Origin: Podarcis tiliguerta
Lineage: Eukaryota
DNA length: 64,000 bases
Assembly: GCA_965153285.1 (NCBI GenBank)
Contig: OZ229113.1
Strand: one strand, 5' to 3'
Below the pieces are notes generated by a model that was given only the letters and a program-made list of their open reading frames with translations, was not told the origin of the DNA and did no database searches. The translations under genes and the position numbers were made by a program. Below, piece by piece: positions 1 to 13,125 of the stretch (positions within the stretch are counted from its first letter, which is position 1; each line of letters begins with the position of its first letter).

Positions 1-3000
1 TAGAATAGTACACAGGACATCTGTGCACAACATACGTGTGTGTGCTCTTTTAAAGAATGTTTTCAAAAGAGCTTCTGTTTTGGACGAAATGCAAATTGAA
101 TTGGTTAATTCTGCACCCCTGTTTTCAGCAAATCTGCCACCAGCAGCTGCCACTGTTTCAGATGTCAGGAGGATGCAGATACGCTGTGACATTTTGTTCA
201 TTAAATAAACAAACCAGGTTCATGGTAACCACATTAGGTAGAAAGCCCCATCAATTCTCGTACATTTTGTTCACGCAATGGGACGTGACAATGGTTCCTT
301 AGCTTCGTAAGCGCTGTATTGAAGAACAAAAGGGGGGGGAGGAAACACACACTATGTGGCAACTGCGACAATGCTTAGCATACAATCCGGGAAGCTGATT
401 TGGATTAATGAGACGTATAACTTTTTTGCCCAAGGCTACTTATAATAAATATGGCTACAAATGTGGCTACTAGGAGGAAGCAGCCATTGTCGTTCATCCA
501 CACATACCCAAGACTTTTATTTTGTTTATCTGGCTGGACTGAGGTTATGTCCAGTACTGTAGAATGAGAATTTACAGAGGAAGTATATTCATACTTTAAA
601 AAAACAACAACAATGCAGTATTCATTAGCCTGCTAATGTCATAACTAAGTTACAGGGTGAGACTTAAAAATCAGAAAAATGATGTTTGCTTTTTTTCTAC
701 AATCTAGAAAATTTGCATATACGAGTCGTCCAAAATTCTGTAGGCACAATCCACATTGTATTGAAGTTAATGACAAAGATCCTATTGTCTTTGATGGAAC
801 TGGGTGGCACCCACAATCCCTAAATTATTATTACAGCATTAATGACCCCATGCAAAATATGTTCACTCAGAAGCATAGGATTCGTCCTATGGGACTTACT
901 GCCAAGTAAAAATGCTTAGGACTGTGATCTTTTGCTACAATACTATGCATTACTACTCAGAAATCAGCCCCCAGGAATCCAGTGCGATTTACATTCAAGT
1001 TCATACGCACTGGAATGGGTTGTTAAGATTGTGATTCTAAAAAAACTTAAAGTGAAATCTATAAAAGTCGTTCCAGCTGGTGAAGATTAAAGGCATGAAG
1101 TGCTTTACATCCTTGGCTATAGCTCTGCAGAGTGAGCTGTTGCTATATTCCCATTTTACAGACTAGTATTCCAAGGTCAGTGACCTGATGGCGGAAGTGG
1201 ATTTTGAACTCTTCAGCGACAAGTCTACTCATCCTTGGAAGCTGCTTTGTTGAGGAGCAATGCGTATGGAACATTGACTTTGCTTTTTAATCAAACTCAA
1301 GCCATTCAGCCCATTTTTAATTTTATACCAAATGCCACAGCTACATGGATGTTTAGAAATCAAGTTGTGGAGGGGTAATAGGTCAGTGACAGAGCACATG
1401 TGATGACAAAGAAGGCCCAAGGTTCATCCCAATAGGACTGGGAATGTCCTCTGCCAAAAACCCTGGAGAACTGCTGTTGGTCAGTGTTGACAACACTTAG
1501 CTAGATAGACCAATGGTCTGATTTGGTACATGGCAACTTGCTGTGTTTCTATGTAAATGCCAGATGGCACTACAAGGGAGACTTTATTCTCTACTGATCA
1601 TTTTTTGGTAGAGAGAGAGAGATGGCCCATTGGTTGGGGTTCAGTCTGATTCCCTCTCTCCTTTCATAAGAACTTGCATGAAAGTGGCCGCCCAATTTTT
1701 CTCACAGGCCCATATAAGTTTAGCACAAACAGTTGGGCCTGGTGAGCATTTAAGGTCCCCAACTCTAATCTGCGGGTTGCCATTTGATTGGATTTTATTC
1801 TGATCCTGATCTGATTTGAGGATGTATTTTAATTGATTGTCTGGTTTTATGTTAATGTGTTATACATTTGATGTTAGCCGCTCTGAGACCGGCTTCGGCT
1901 GGGGAGGGCGGGATATAAATTATTATTATTATTATTATTATTATTCTGAATAAACTATTGAACATCTTTTGCTCAGCTTTCCTCGGATACCTTGAAGGTT
2001 AAGCAGGAACAATTTTCTAATCCATTGGCTGTGTACTCTTGGTTACCTGAAGGCATGTCCAGAAGAGCTCTAAGTTCAGAGGTCAGCAGCATTGTTTTCA
2101 GTTCTTCCAATCCCAGTCTCAGGCCTCTTGTGCATTCAAGTGGCATGGGCATAGCCAGGATTTTTGTTAGGGGGGTGGGCAGCCAAAGTTGTTGAGAGGG
2201 AGGGCTTTTCAATAATATTTGTGGATCCCCTGTGCGCCCCCCTGGCTATACCCATGGGTACAGGAGGTGGGGAGGAAATGAAGCGATAAGCAGCCTTTCA
2301 TGTGAACAACTCCAAATCTGTACCTAGTTTGGCGTGAGACATCACTTATTTTTATTTTGGAACTGCTCTTTTGTGCAAGCATGGTAGATCACAAAAAGTA
2401 TACATGCACATGTAAACATATATACCCATTGATCTCAGCTTTCCTGGCTTGGAGGAAAACACACCCACACCCACACCCCTGCTGTTTTGTGCAAATCTGG
2501 TAGATTGAGAAACTTGTATTTAAAAAAATTAAATTTAGGGTGTGTGCTCACAGGTAAACAGATACCAGGGTTGAGTGGGAACCGCCTGGAGTGTGCAGTT
2601 GGCGCAGCTTAATGGCTCCTCTGCTTACTATAGAAATCCGGAGTCAACAAAATTCACCTCTTCCAGGTTCCACTTGGGAATAGGTGAGGTTGCTTTATGG
2701 GGGATTTTCCCCCCCACGAACATGCACATTTATAACTGGTTGACTGTAGCATCAACTGAAGACTTGCATAGGTCACATGCGAGTGAATGATCACTGACAA
2801 AAAAAAATATCACATTGTTTGGCATCAAACCCAACGCAGACAGTTTGAACATTCAAATGAGAGTAGCTTGTTTGAATAAGCCTTGCTTCCTGCATTCACA
2901 TCCAGGTGGTGCTACCATACCATAGCAGTGGAGCTGCAGAAGCTCTGTCCACCACACTGATAGTCTCCAGTGAGAACCAAGCCTTTGGCATGACAGAGTC

Positions 3001-3027
3001 CATGACCTCACAGAGGTATGGCTTGTT

Positions 3028-3250
3028 CTCCAAGGACCTTCTGGCAGTTTCCTCACTGCAAGAAGTGATGTTTCAGGGAACCAGGCAGAGGGCCTTCTCA
3101 GTGGTGGTGAGATCAGCCCTGTGCATCGCCCTCAGATGTCCTGTGGAACACTATCAGATATTAAGGAAATAAACAACTATCTGAAGACAGCCCTGTATAG
3201 GGAAGTCATTAATGTTTCATATTTAATTGTGTTTTTGATGTTTTGTCGGG
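3028..3250 (+). mobile_element. L2 LINE 3' fragment
   Basis: Encodes QGTRQRAFSVV. Same family as 18402-18863. Confidence 0.8.
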
Positions 3251-3779
3251 AGACAAAATTATTAGCGAAATACTCCAAGTGAAAATCTATTTTTTAAGAA
3301 GTCTATTTTTTAAGAAGTTTAAGAAGACTTAAGAAGAAAAGAAGTCAAACTATCAATGATTAAATATGGGGGTTCTTGCTAGAGAGTAGGATCACAAACT
3401 GTAAAATACACCTATTGAATGAAAAATTAAGGTATGTGATCAAATTATTTTAGCCCAGAGTATAAAAATACAGCCAACAGAGGTCTTAGAAATAATACAC
3501 AAAATCGTAGGCATTACCACAGAACACTAGTTCTTGGAATAATGTCTAGCTTTCTTTTACTTTAGCTGCATTCAGCCAGCTAATTGGGATTAAATATTGC
3601 TGAACAGCTCAGTCTAAAAGAGTCTAATATGTAACCTTGGGCTGCTGAGAGAAATGAGTTCTGATCCCCTATAAATACCATGGAATAGGATTATATCTTG
3701 CCATAATCTTACAGCACCATGTTATAATTTATGGAGCAGAAAATAAAACCTCCAGGGAGGGCCCTAAATCCACACCACC

Positions 3780-3970
3780 TGTCCTTTTGCTAATATTCCA
3801 GTGAGGTTTTAAATGATCAGACGCGGAATAAACCCCTGACACCACCTGCAGGGTGTTTCAAATGGATCCGTGTGCAGGTGCCAAGGAGCCAAAACTATTA
3901 GAGCTGTCAATCAATTAAAGGATATTTAGTGGATTAATCATCTTCTTGTTACTAAATGAATCAATTGCCT
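3780..3970. promoter_or_regulatory. Candidate TALE enhancer
   Basis: Perfect Pbx-Meis/Prep decamer TGATTGACAG on the minus strand (3904-3913), with neighbouring GGATTA/TAAT sites. Confidence 0.4.
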
Positions 3971-5488
3971 AATAAATATAAATACATTTGCATGTCACCC
4001 AGACCTCAATATAGGTGTCCTTTTCAGAGATTGTAGGGAATGTGTGATTACCCTTAAACAAACAAACAAACAGCTTATACAGATTTTTAGGAAGGGAAAC
4101 AGCAGTTTCGTTTTCATTTCCTATTGCCTCAGCCCAGCAGAATAGCCTCAAAATGTAGATGTGGGCTGCTCTTAACGCTCAGATCCCCAAGTTAAGAAAT
4201 GCCCCCATCAACCTATGCTTTAGGGAGGAAATCTATTGATTTAAACCAATAAAAGGCTGGCCCCTTAAGAATGAACTGCCTCTTGCACAGTGGAACGGTA
4301 TTCCATTCTTATAATGCAACACCAGCAGAATTTTGTAAACACTAGAGAGAAAATGCAGTACAGGTAAGCCTGCCAATTCCTCGCAGCATGTAAGGTAACC
4401 AGGATCATGAAAGACACCTTTTTGCCGATGTTCTCTTTCATTGAAGATTAAGCCCCCATTTGTTTTCAGGCATTTGATGTATCATTCCTAATGATCCTCT
4501 AGACTCAGAACCAAAGTTGTCTTCCTGACAGCAAGTGCCAAGAGTGATTACACACACCACGCCAGAGATCCTCACCTCGATCCAGCTTTTTCCTGGAATC
4601 CAATCATTGTCAAGATAGACAGGGGGCTAGGCTGCCAACAGCCAAGGGCGTCGCAGCCAAACCATCCTTTCACTTAAGATAACTACAGAGGCCGTCATAA
4701 ATAAGGAAAATCCATTTCCCAGTAACAAAAACTGACAAACAAAGATGGCATGTTTACATAATTAGATTTTATTTCCCCCCTGCTCATCTTTGTTCTGTGA
4801 TGACTTTATAGCGCATATTCTAAATAACATGGGATTGTCTGTTAATCAATGTGTAAGACAGAGCACGTGCACACACACACACACACGTGTGTGTGTGTTT
4901 ATGAGAGAGCTCATAATATACTACCGATATACCTTTCAAAATATATTGCTTTAGCTGCTCCCAAATTTTGGATTCCCTCTGTGACTACTTCTGTTGTATA
5001 AACAATTCATTAAAAGTTAATTAAAAGGTGAAGTTCAAAATGCAGTTTCCTTTAGCTAATCCTCCTAAGACAGCTCAGTATGGCAGAAACATACCTATTG
5101 GGCTGTTATTAGAAAACAAAAGGGCAAATTGTCTAATTAAGAGGTTGGTGTTTACAACAGAGAGGTTTTCTGGCTGGCAAGACGGAATTCAAATTAATTT
5201 CTCTCCAGTTTAGTTTCCCTCTGCCTCAATTGCTCATAAGGAAAATCGGGACATTCCCCAATGAGACATTGTCCAATGCCAGAAATCTCTTGTTGCCTTA
5301 ATAATCTGCAGGCTTACACTTTCTTAAGCACCCGTTCGTGAAATCTCCTAGTCATTCAAGAGGTCTTTATTTGTTCCCATATTCAGAGTGGCTTTAACAT
5401 GGGAAACAACACTGGCATCAGCCAGGCATGAAAGCTTGATATTTGAGTTTTAATATGCAATTTAATATTTTCATTCTGTGGCTTTGGT

Positions 5489-5897
5489 CCATACCCTCCA
5501 ACATTTCTCCAATGAAAATAGGCATGTCTTATATAACAACAACATTTTTTTAATTTATACCCTGCCCATCTGACTGGGCTGCCCCAGCCACTCTAGTCAA
5601 CTTTCAACATATATAAAAACATAATAAAACATTAACCATTAAAAAACTTCCCTATATAGGGCTGCCTTAAGACGTCTTCTGTATAGTTCTGTATAGTTAC
5701 TTATCTCCTTGGCTTGGGGGTTGCATAATTCCATACCCTCCAATGAAAATAGGGACGTCCTACCATTCCCTCCAACATTTATCCAATGAAAATAGGGATG
5801 TCTTAAGGAAAAGACATTCTGGGATCAAATCAGAAACTGGGACAGCTTCTGTAAATCTGGGACTGTCCCTGGATAATAGGGAAACTTTGAGGATCTG
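5489..5897. mobile_element. Composite repeat: triplicated CCATACCCTCCAA...ATGAAAATAGG unit enclosing an L2 3' fragment
   Basis: The unit recurs at ~5489, ~5731 and ~5763. L2 UTR on the minus strand at ~5545-5712. Confidence 0.6.
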
Positions 5898-6133
5898 AAT
5901 TATCTTTCAGCTACAGAATAAGGAGAAATCAAGTAATGAGAATAAAACACAGTGCAGAATAAAGGTAAAAGTTGCATTATTGCTTCACCTACTCTTTGTC
6001 ATGTGGCCCCTGGAAGGTTTTGTAGATACAATAGTGCCCTTTTGTCTGAATAAGGTTCCTCACCCCTGCCTTAAAGCAAAAAATGTTGTGAAAAGATTTC
6101 AATTCATGCATGCAGACCATATAAAAAGGACAG

Positions 6134-6430
6134 TGTTATGTACTGAAGTTCTCACCCTGGGCCAGCAGGGGGATACTGTAGATAGTTATGCAAATGAAGG
6201 ATCGAAAAGTGATGTTCAGTGATTGGATAGTTTTGTATGCAAATGAAGGATCGAAAAGTGACGTTCAGTGATTAGATAGTTTTAGAAAATGGCAACAGTT
6301 GCATTGTTCTGGAGCTCTATATAAGCAGGCTGACTGAGCTCCTCAGCCTAGTTCTGTTCTGGCATCTGAATAAAGAAGAGCTGTTTAAAGAATCGCTGTG
6401 TCGTCTGACATGTTCGCCCACAACTTAACA
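6134..6430 (+). mobile_element. Solo LTR
   Basis: TGTTA...TAACA termini. 5-bp TSD GACAG (6129-6133, 6431-6435). TATATAA ~6318 and AATAAA ~6369. Internal ~48-bp tandem duplication. Confidence 0.88.
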
Positions 6431-8092
6431 GACAGGTAGACAAAAATCACAGGTCATGATTTCATATTGTTATTATAAGCAATTTGGGGTGCAATAAGAA
6501 ACCACGTGTTTGTCTTTGAATAGGAGAACAGGCTTAGGAGAAGATCTGTGTGGTTTTCACCAAATTTGCTGTTTGTTTGGAAGTAAACTAAGTGGGGCTT
6601 CTATTTTGCTCATATGTTCAGCCTTTGCCTGTAGTTATATCGTCAATAGAAATGGCAAGCTGACCCCGTTGTTTTCTTAATGTTTCTCTTTTTATATTTC
6701 AATTCCTCTTGCTTTGCGGCATCTAGAACTACAAGCCAGTTGTAACCACACCCCAAAACCCAACTCCTGTTTCAACCCAAGGTCATGGAGGCACAAAAAT
6801 TCCTCTTCCATAGTTTAAATGTTGGTCGTACATTGGGATGAACCGGAAATTGTGTGGTTGGAAAATATGTGCTTGCGCCATAAATATGCGCAGACTGACC
6901 CCGCCGTACCAGGTATGGAGGCTGAGAGAGAGAGACAATCTGTCTACAGATCTAGCCTGACAAAACAACTCAAACCCCCTTTCTCATGTTTTGAATGCCC
7001 TAAATTTATGGTTTGTTCCTATAGCTAATAATAAAATATAACAAAGAGCCAAAATAGTTTTCTGGGCATGCTGATGTTGAATGGTTGTGTTGTGTTTGTG
7101 GGCTACACTGCTCTGTTTGCTTTCCAAGTCATTGCTATGTTGTTTTACTTGCGAATAGCCTCCATCACTTGTCAGAATATTGGTGCCACAAATCATGAGG
7201 ATAATGAGTGGCATTCTTAAATGTCTTTGCACTTATTCATTTTCTCAGTGCACGGTTCTATGCAATTCATTTAGTTTACATTTGCCAAAGAGAGAGAGAA
7301 ATTAAGCCTACAGCTATAGATACAACTTGTAGTCGAGAAAACATGTATTCATAAAGTAAATAAATCTCTGCCCACAGAAAACTGATGTGTTGAGGAGAAG
7401 GCTAATCTAGCGCCCTTCTTTCTGAAATGGCTTTTTTTTTTCATGTGCAGGGAATTGTTTTATATAGAGAAGCACTACAGAGGCAAGTCCAAAGCACTTG
7501 CTTTGTATAACATACAAAGTCCTAAAAACAGCTTAGGATCTTGATACCCCAAAAAGCATATTTTAACCTTAAAGACCTGCTCATACTTTAAGGCAGGGGT
7601 TGTTAAGCTTTCTAGACCAGTGGGTACATTTCAGATTTTGGAGGCGCCAGTCACAAAAGACTCTCATGGGAAACATGGAATGACACAACATGGTTGTCAT
7701 GGAGGAATGACATAAAACAAAATGAGAGAGAGAGTACATTCATGGTGACATTTCCCCCATAATTGTATTTCCATACTATAAAAGGCTTATCCTGTAGCAT
7801 AGGTGCCAATCATAGGGGCCCCTGGGGGCTCGGCACCCACAGCGCAGGTTCCAATGCAACTTCCGGTTTCAGAGGCCTGACACAACCTCCAAGGCGATGT
7901 TGGATGCCCTGAGACTTCTGGTACAAATTTCACCCTGCCATACATTTGTTGGGTGTAAGAACTCTGTTCTTCCCCACTGCCAATCCCATACCAAAACCTA
8001 GACTGGCCATGTTTTTAAAAAATAAGCCAGGCTTCCTGATGAAGCAATTGCCTAGAGAGATGGACCATTAGAAAGAGCACAAAGGAATGGGC

Positions 8093-8228
8093 CAGGCATC
8101 CCCAAACTCGGCCCTCCAGATGTTTTGGGACTACAACTCCCATCATCCCTAGCTAACAGGACCAGTGGTCAGGGATGATGGGAATTGTAGTTCCAAAACA
8201 TCTGGAGGGCCGAGTTTGGGGGTGCCTG
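8093..8228. mobile_element. Palindromic hAT-like MITE
   Basis: Near-perfect hairpin CAGGCATCCCCAAACTCGGCCCTCCAGATGTTTTGG...CCAAAACATCTGGAGGGCCGAGTTTGGGGGTGCCTG. Decayed relatives at ~33965-34080, ~35020-35135 and ~63520-63642. Confidence 0.8.
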
Positions 8229-9148
8229 CTCTAGGCCCAAAGGAAAATGAAGAAAGCCCCTCCCTGAGGTGAGAGCTAGGACTCAGCTATAGAGCTGCAA
8301 ATAAAATGTTTTAAGTGTGTTTTAAGTGCAATATACAATGTGACACTAAGATGGAGATGGTGAGCCTTATGGAAAATTGAATGTATTTTAAAAAACGCTT
8401 TTAAAAAGCATTTTCAGAACAGTTTTTATATGTGTATAGATTCAACCATAGTTAGCAGAGACCAAAGGCCAGAGTTTCAGGAGGGAGGGGCAGAATTGCA
8501 GTGTGCAATAAGGTAGGCCAAAGATAAAATATTTGTGTGTTTTTGCAAGCAGTTTGGCAAGAAGGAAACGGGATGCAAACAGTGCTGGATTTATGTATAG
8601 GCTAAGTAGGCTGAAGCCTAGGGTCTCTAAATCTAGGGGGCCTCGCCTGCCTGCCCGCTCCCCAGCAGGCAGTCTCCCCTCTCCCAGAATTGCAAACTCA
8701 AGACTTCATGCAAGGTCAGCGCAACTCAGGCCCAGCAACTATGAGACTCAGGTCTAGCCAATGAGGCCCAATTTGAAGACGTGGGGCCCAACTTTGGGGG
8801 CGGTTGTAGGGCCCCTACAAAGTTGCCTTAAGGGCAGCCCTGATGAGGCTGTGCAGGGGTTGGACTGACAAGCCTGCACCTTCTAGCTCCCTGGTGCCAC
8901 TATTTAGAGTACAGACTCAAGGACTTGTTATGGAAATAAAGGAGGGGCACTTATTGGAAATCAGTTTTGTCACCTTCGCCCCCCCCAAACCCCACGGCAG
9001 CCCAGCCCAGCCACCTTTTATTCACAGTCGCATAAGCACTACACTACAGCATGGCCATAAACCTGTACGTTCAACTGCTGAAATACACACCCAATATGTA
9101 GCAATAGAGATTTATGTTACTGCTTTATGAATGAACACTATGCTTTAT

Positions 9149-9526
9149 GAATGGACTCTGTATTTTGTGAATTACCTAAGAGCCACCAATAGGGAGCTCT
9201 AGAATCTGACAGCTAACCAATTGGGTACTACCAAACAGCAACTCCTATTGCTGAAAGCAGGTAACCAGCAGGAAACGCTTCAGCTCAGCCTTTGCACTGT
9301 TGACTGAATACCCCCTGCTGTGCAGATAATGGAGAAAGCTCGTAAATTGTATCCCTTCTGGCATCCTGGCCAACTCTATTATTCTGTTGTAAACCCTGGT
9401 GCACCAGGAACCCAGAATAGCAGCAAATATAATCCGCTCATACGTCAGCAACTGATAAGACTTGTCAACCAGTTATTCCAAAGTCTTCCTAAATTATAAA
9501 GCTCCAAAATATAGGCCAAAAGAGAG
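9149..9526 (+). repeat. Copy A of a ~380 bp long-range inverted duplication (partner 54569-54948)
   Basis: Hand alignment to the reverse complement of 54569-54948 gives 23 substitutions plus one 2-bp indel. No TIR, TSD, TG..CA ends or poly-A/simple-repeat tail. Confidence 0.97.
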
Positions 9527-12479
9527 CAGGTTTTATTTTACTTACTCCTTTGGGAATATTTGGAAGAAAATTAATCTCTCTCCCTCTGCCTACTTTCGAA
9601 TGTCCTCTACCTAGTATAAGCATGTTAAAAATAAAATGCACATTTTGCCAGCAGTTCCTTTACCAACTTCCAGCTCTTTTAAAACTTTTATTTGTTATTT
9701 TAACAAGCGACAGGGTATCTTCTCCTTCAGTGCATAGGGCTTTACATGTGAAACTCCCTGTGCATTGAGGTGATAATATCCTCCTTAATTAGAAGCTGTT
9801 TAATGCTCTTGATTTAGCTTTTTTAATAGAAGAGTTACAAGCAGTCTGGCTGTGAGCAAAGCAGTATTAAAATCCCAGGCCAGGATAATGGTAAGTAGCT
9901 TTTTATTTGCTAAACTGACTACAGTGTTCCTTTTCTAGAACGAGTTTGCTTTATGCTCCAACAATCAGCCTATCAGTAAGGCCTGAGCCTAGCTTGGGTA
10001 GGGAGGCAGGCAGTTGTTGAGAACTGCTTGGTGATTTTGCAAGCTTTTGACAGATAGGAGGAAAAAATTAAAATATGTAAGGGTCGTCAAATCCATTCTT
10101 GTAATAAAGTTCAGCAACTATTCCATGGACCAGCATAACTTCAATGAGCCTCAGAAGGCCATCTGCCAAAGACATTAAATGCACATCTGAGTTGTTCACA
10201 AAGCAAAAACTACCTGGCTTTCCACCATAAGGTGAATTTTTAAAAAATAAAGATTGGAAATCTAACACACACACCCTTCTTTCTTTTTTTATAGATTCAC
10301 CCACAGGCATTTCAAGCAAAGCAAATAAATCAGCTGGCTAGTTTATATGTAAGAGAAACTGAAGGAAATTCTCTCCCTGTTTCCATGGTTATCATGAAGT
10401 ATCAGCCTCGTGAATTACCCAAGTCAGTGAACTATAGATTAAAAGGCACTTAACCACTCTCTGCCTTGCTTTCTCTGCTTAAAATATTGTTTCATGCTCT
10501 CGTTTTCCCTAAGCAGTAGGAAGTTTCAGGGCAGCATTCAGAAACAGTTCCCTTTGGAGGAATGGGAGCGCTAGGGAGTTGCATGGTGTTCTGTATAATG
10601 TTTGTTGATTTTCAGAGACGGGGGGCTGAGCAAGCAGGCACTGGCAGGCAAGGCATCCCCAACACATTTGAAGCTTCAAGGTTTCTTTTGCCAGGCAGTT
10701 GCGAAAACCTAGAATTGTTTTTGTGCTTTTAAAACCCCAGCGCATATTTAAAGAAAGAAAAGGAAAGACTTAGAACAAAGACCATGCTGATCTTTTCCAA
10801 TGGTGGTGTAGTGAAGCAGGAACTGGGGGAGGGGGGAGCGCAATGCTGGAACTTTTTAAAGGAGAGATAAAGTCATCTTCTAGAGTGCAAGTCAAGTTCC
10901 AAGTCCTTGCTTTGGCAGGTGAATGAGTGATAAGGAGCCTTTCATGCTTTGCTGCTGTTTTGTGACAAATTTGGTGAGAATGAGGAAATTGTTTAAGGAG
11001 AGGCTAGTTACCGCTCCCCTTTTCTTTGATGGGGTTTCTGCTTCGTGCCTGTAATTTGAATGGCAATATTTCCTTGCAAGATTGTTCTCCTTTCCAATTA
11101 AAAATTAAAGGTTGCATTTTGGCTGGCTGAAGAACTTTGGTGAAAGCTCAGTGTGTGTTTAGAAGCTGAACTTACATTGTCAGAAATAAGCACCAGTGAA
11201 TTACATGGAGTTGATTCCTAGGAAATGATGCATAAAATTAGGGTTGCCATATTTCAAGAAGTGAAAATATGGACACCAAAATTTGGCCAAAAATTCAACA
11301 CTTCTGTTATGGGCTGCCATATGCCCCAGGTTTTCCGGGACATTTGAACTGGTTTCCGAGAATTTTGCCTAGATGCAATTTTCAATGGATGTGACCCAGC
11401 TATGTTCGGAAAATTGTAGGTGTATGGCAGCCCTAATAGAATTGCAAACAATGCATAAAATTGTAGTCAGTACATATAAGTCATCAGGGTTAATTCCAAC
11501 ATGACAACTACCATAACACCCTTTGCCAGCTCACAACTCTATAAAAGTTAACTAATTGAGAATTATGATATTTACTGTTGCACCTTGCAAGGATATCATA
11601 GAATCATAGAGTTGGAAGATATCTATATAGGTATATCTTTATAGATATATTATGCACATTTTGCAAAAGCATTTCCCCTAACAGAATTCATTTTTGTCTG
11701 TTCATTTCACTAGTATACTCCTTTTTATGCACATTTCTCCCTGGTATATGCATTTTTGCACACACTACTTAACTGGAGAACTGCATTGCAAAATTCTGAG
11801 AATTATGCACTTTGAAGGATGGCTGTGTTTCAGTTTATGTATTGTTTGTGAAAATGCAAATTTGGTAGGTTTGAACTGAATCAAATTTGCCACCTACCCC
11901 CTGTTTTTAATGTTTCTGCACCATATTTAGCATTCTTGCTCCTGTGGGAGCGGAGACATGCTGCTAATACGCTAACAGGTTTATGGGCAAAATTATTTTT
12001 TCAAGGGTTTCGCCTTGTTGGCATTCCCAGTGTTGGACTAAGCACCCTGTTCTCCCTCTAGTTCTTTCAGGGCTTGCTTCTTTAATAACCAAGCTCTCAG
12101 TAAACTTGCTATCCATCACAGCAACCCTTAAAATTTGGCAGTTACAAGACGGATGGTATTCCACGGTTGAAAGGGAGCGCTGGCAATCTTTGCCATGGGT
12201 ATTAATAAAAATCAAGATATGAAACTGCAAGCACTCACGCGCACATGTGTACTTAAATGGGTTTGCATGCTGGCGAAGCCTTAGCTCTGACAATCTGGAT
12301 GTTGTACATTCATGAAATATATACGGCACACCTGAGTACATAGGGCATCACAGATGTCAGGGGGAAGCGATGCCTTGGAAACAGTGTACTTTAGAAAACG
12401 CAGCACTTCCCTGTCTTCTTGAAAGAAACTTTCCTCCTCCTTCTCGCTGCCACCCCACCCTGTTATTCTTTCCCCCTCT

Positions 12480-12790
12480 TGCCAGTTAAAATGAACTGTC
12501 AGAGCCTAGATAAAGATACAAACAGGATTGCATACTTTACCAAGGCTGGAGCGACTGGTAGGCTTTGATCTAATTCTATTTGCTGCTTTATGATGCATGG
12601 AGCTGTCAGATAAAGAGGTGTTCAAAAAAAAAAAAATCTGCCTGAGCTGTCAGCCCTGACAAGCCCTGTGATGGATTACAGAGAAAACAAAAGGGTTATC
12701 ACCTTAACCACAAACATTTATATCTTTTTTTTCCATAAGGGTGCCTCAATCAACTTGTAGTTATGAGGGCGCAGGTTGTTGTGAAGCCTG
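12480..12790. promoter_or_regulatory. Candidate Pbx-Hox/Meis enhancer (putative conserved non-coding element)
   Basis: TGATGGATTA (12669-12678, fits TGATNNATKR). CTGTCA at ~12497, 12603 and 12647, TGACAA at 12657, Sox-like AACAAAAG. TE-free. Confidence 0.5.
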
Positions 12791-13053
12791 TAGGAACACA
12801 GATCCGGTGACACATGTTGAAACAGCATTTAAAAAGTACAACACGCCTACATTGGTGCTAATATGATGCTGACATGGTGCAGTCATGCTTACTCAGATCA
12901 AAGGGGAGCACCCTATAGTTTTCCACAAGGAGGAGACTTTCTCGGGATAAAATGGTTCCGTTTTCAGCCTGTTCCTGTCTTGTCAAAGGTAAATAAGAGA
13001 AGGGCAGCATGTTAACTATGATCCTAAGACGGCTGAATATGATAGAAAATTCA

Positions 13054-13125
13054 GAGGAGGAGGAGGAGGAGGAGGAGGAGAAGAAGAAGAAGAAGAAGAA
13101 GAAGAAGAAGAAGAAGAAGAAGAAG
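13054..13125 (+). repeat. Compound microsatellite (GAG)9(AAG)15
   Basis: Read directly from the sequence. Confidence 0.97.

Noticed and set aside
9245-9451. 68-aa minus-strand ORF inside inverted arm A, as a duplicated small gene
   Set aside because: Non-ATG start, and the 2-bp indel in arm B shifts the frame, so coding is not conserved between the copies.
9149-9526. Inverted arms as LTRs or TIRs of one 45 kb transposon
   Set aside because: LTRs of one element are direct, not inverted. There is no flanking TSD, and no transposase, integrase or polymerase in the interior, which is ordinary host DNA with old TEs.
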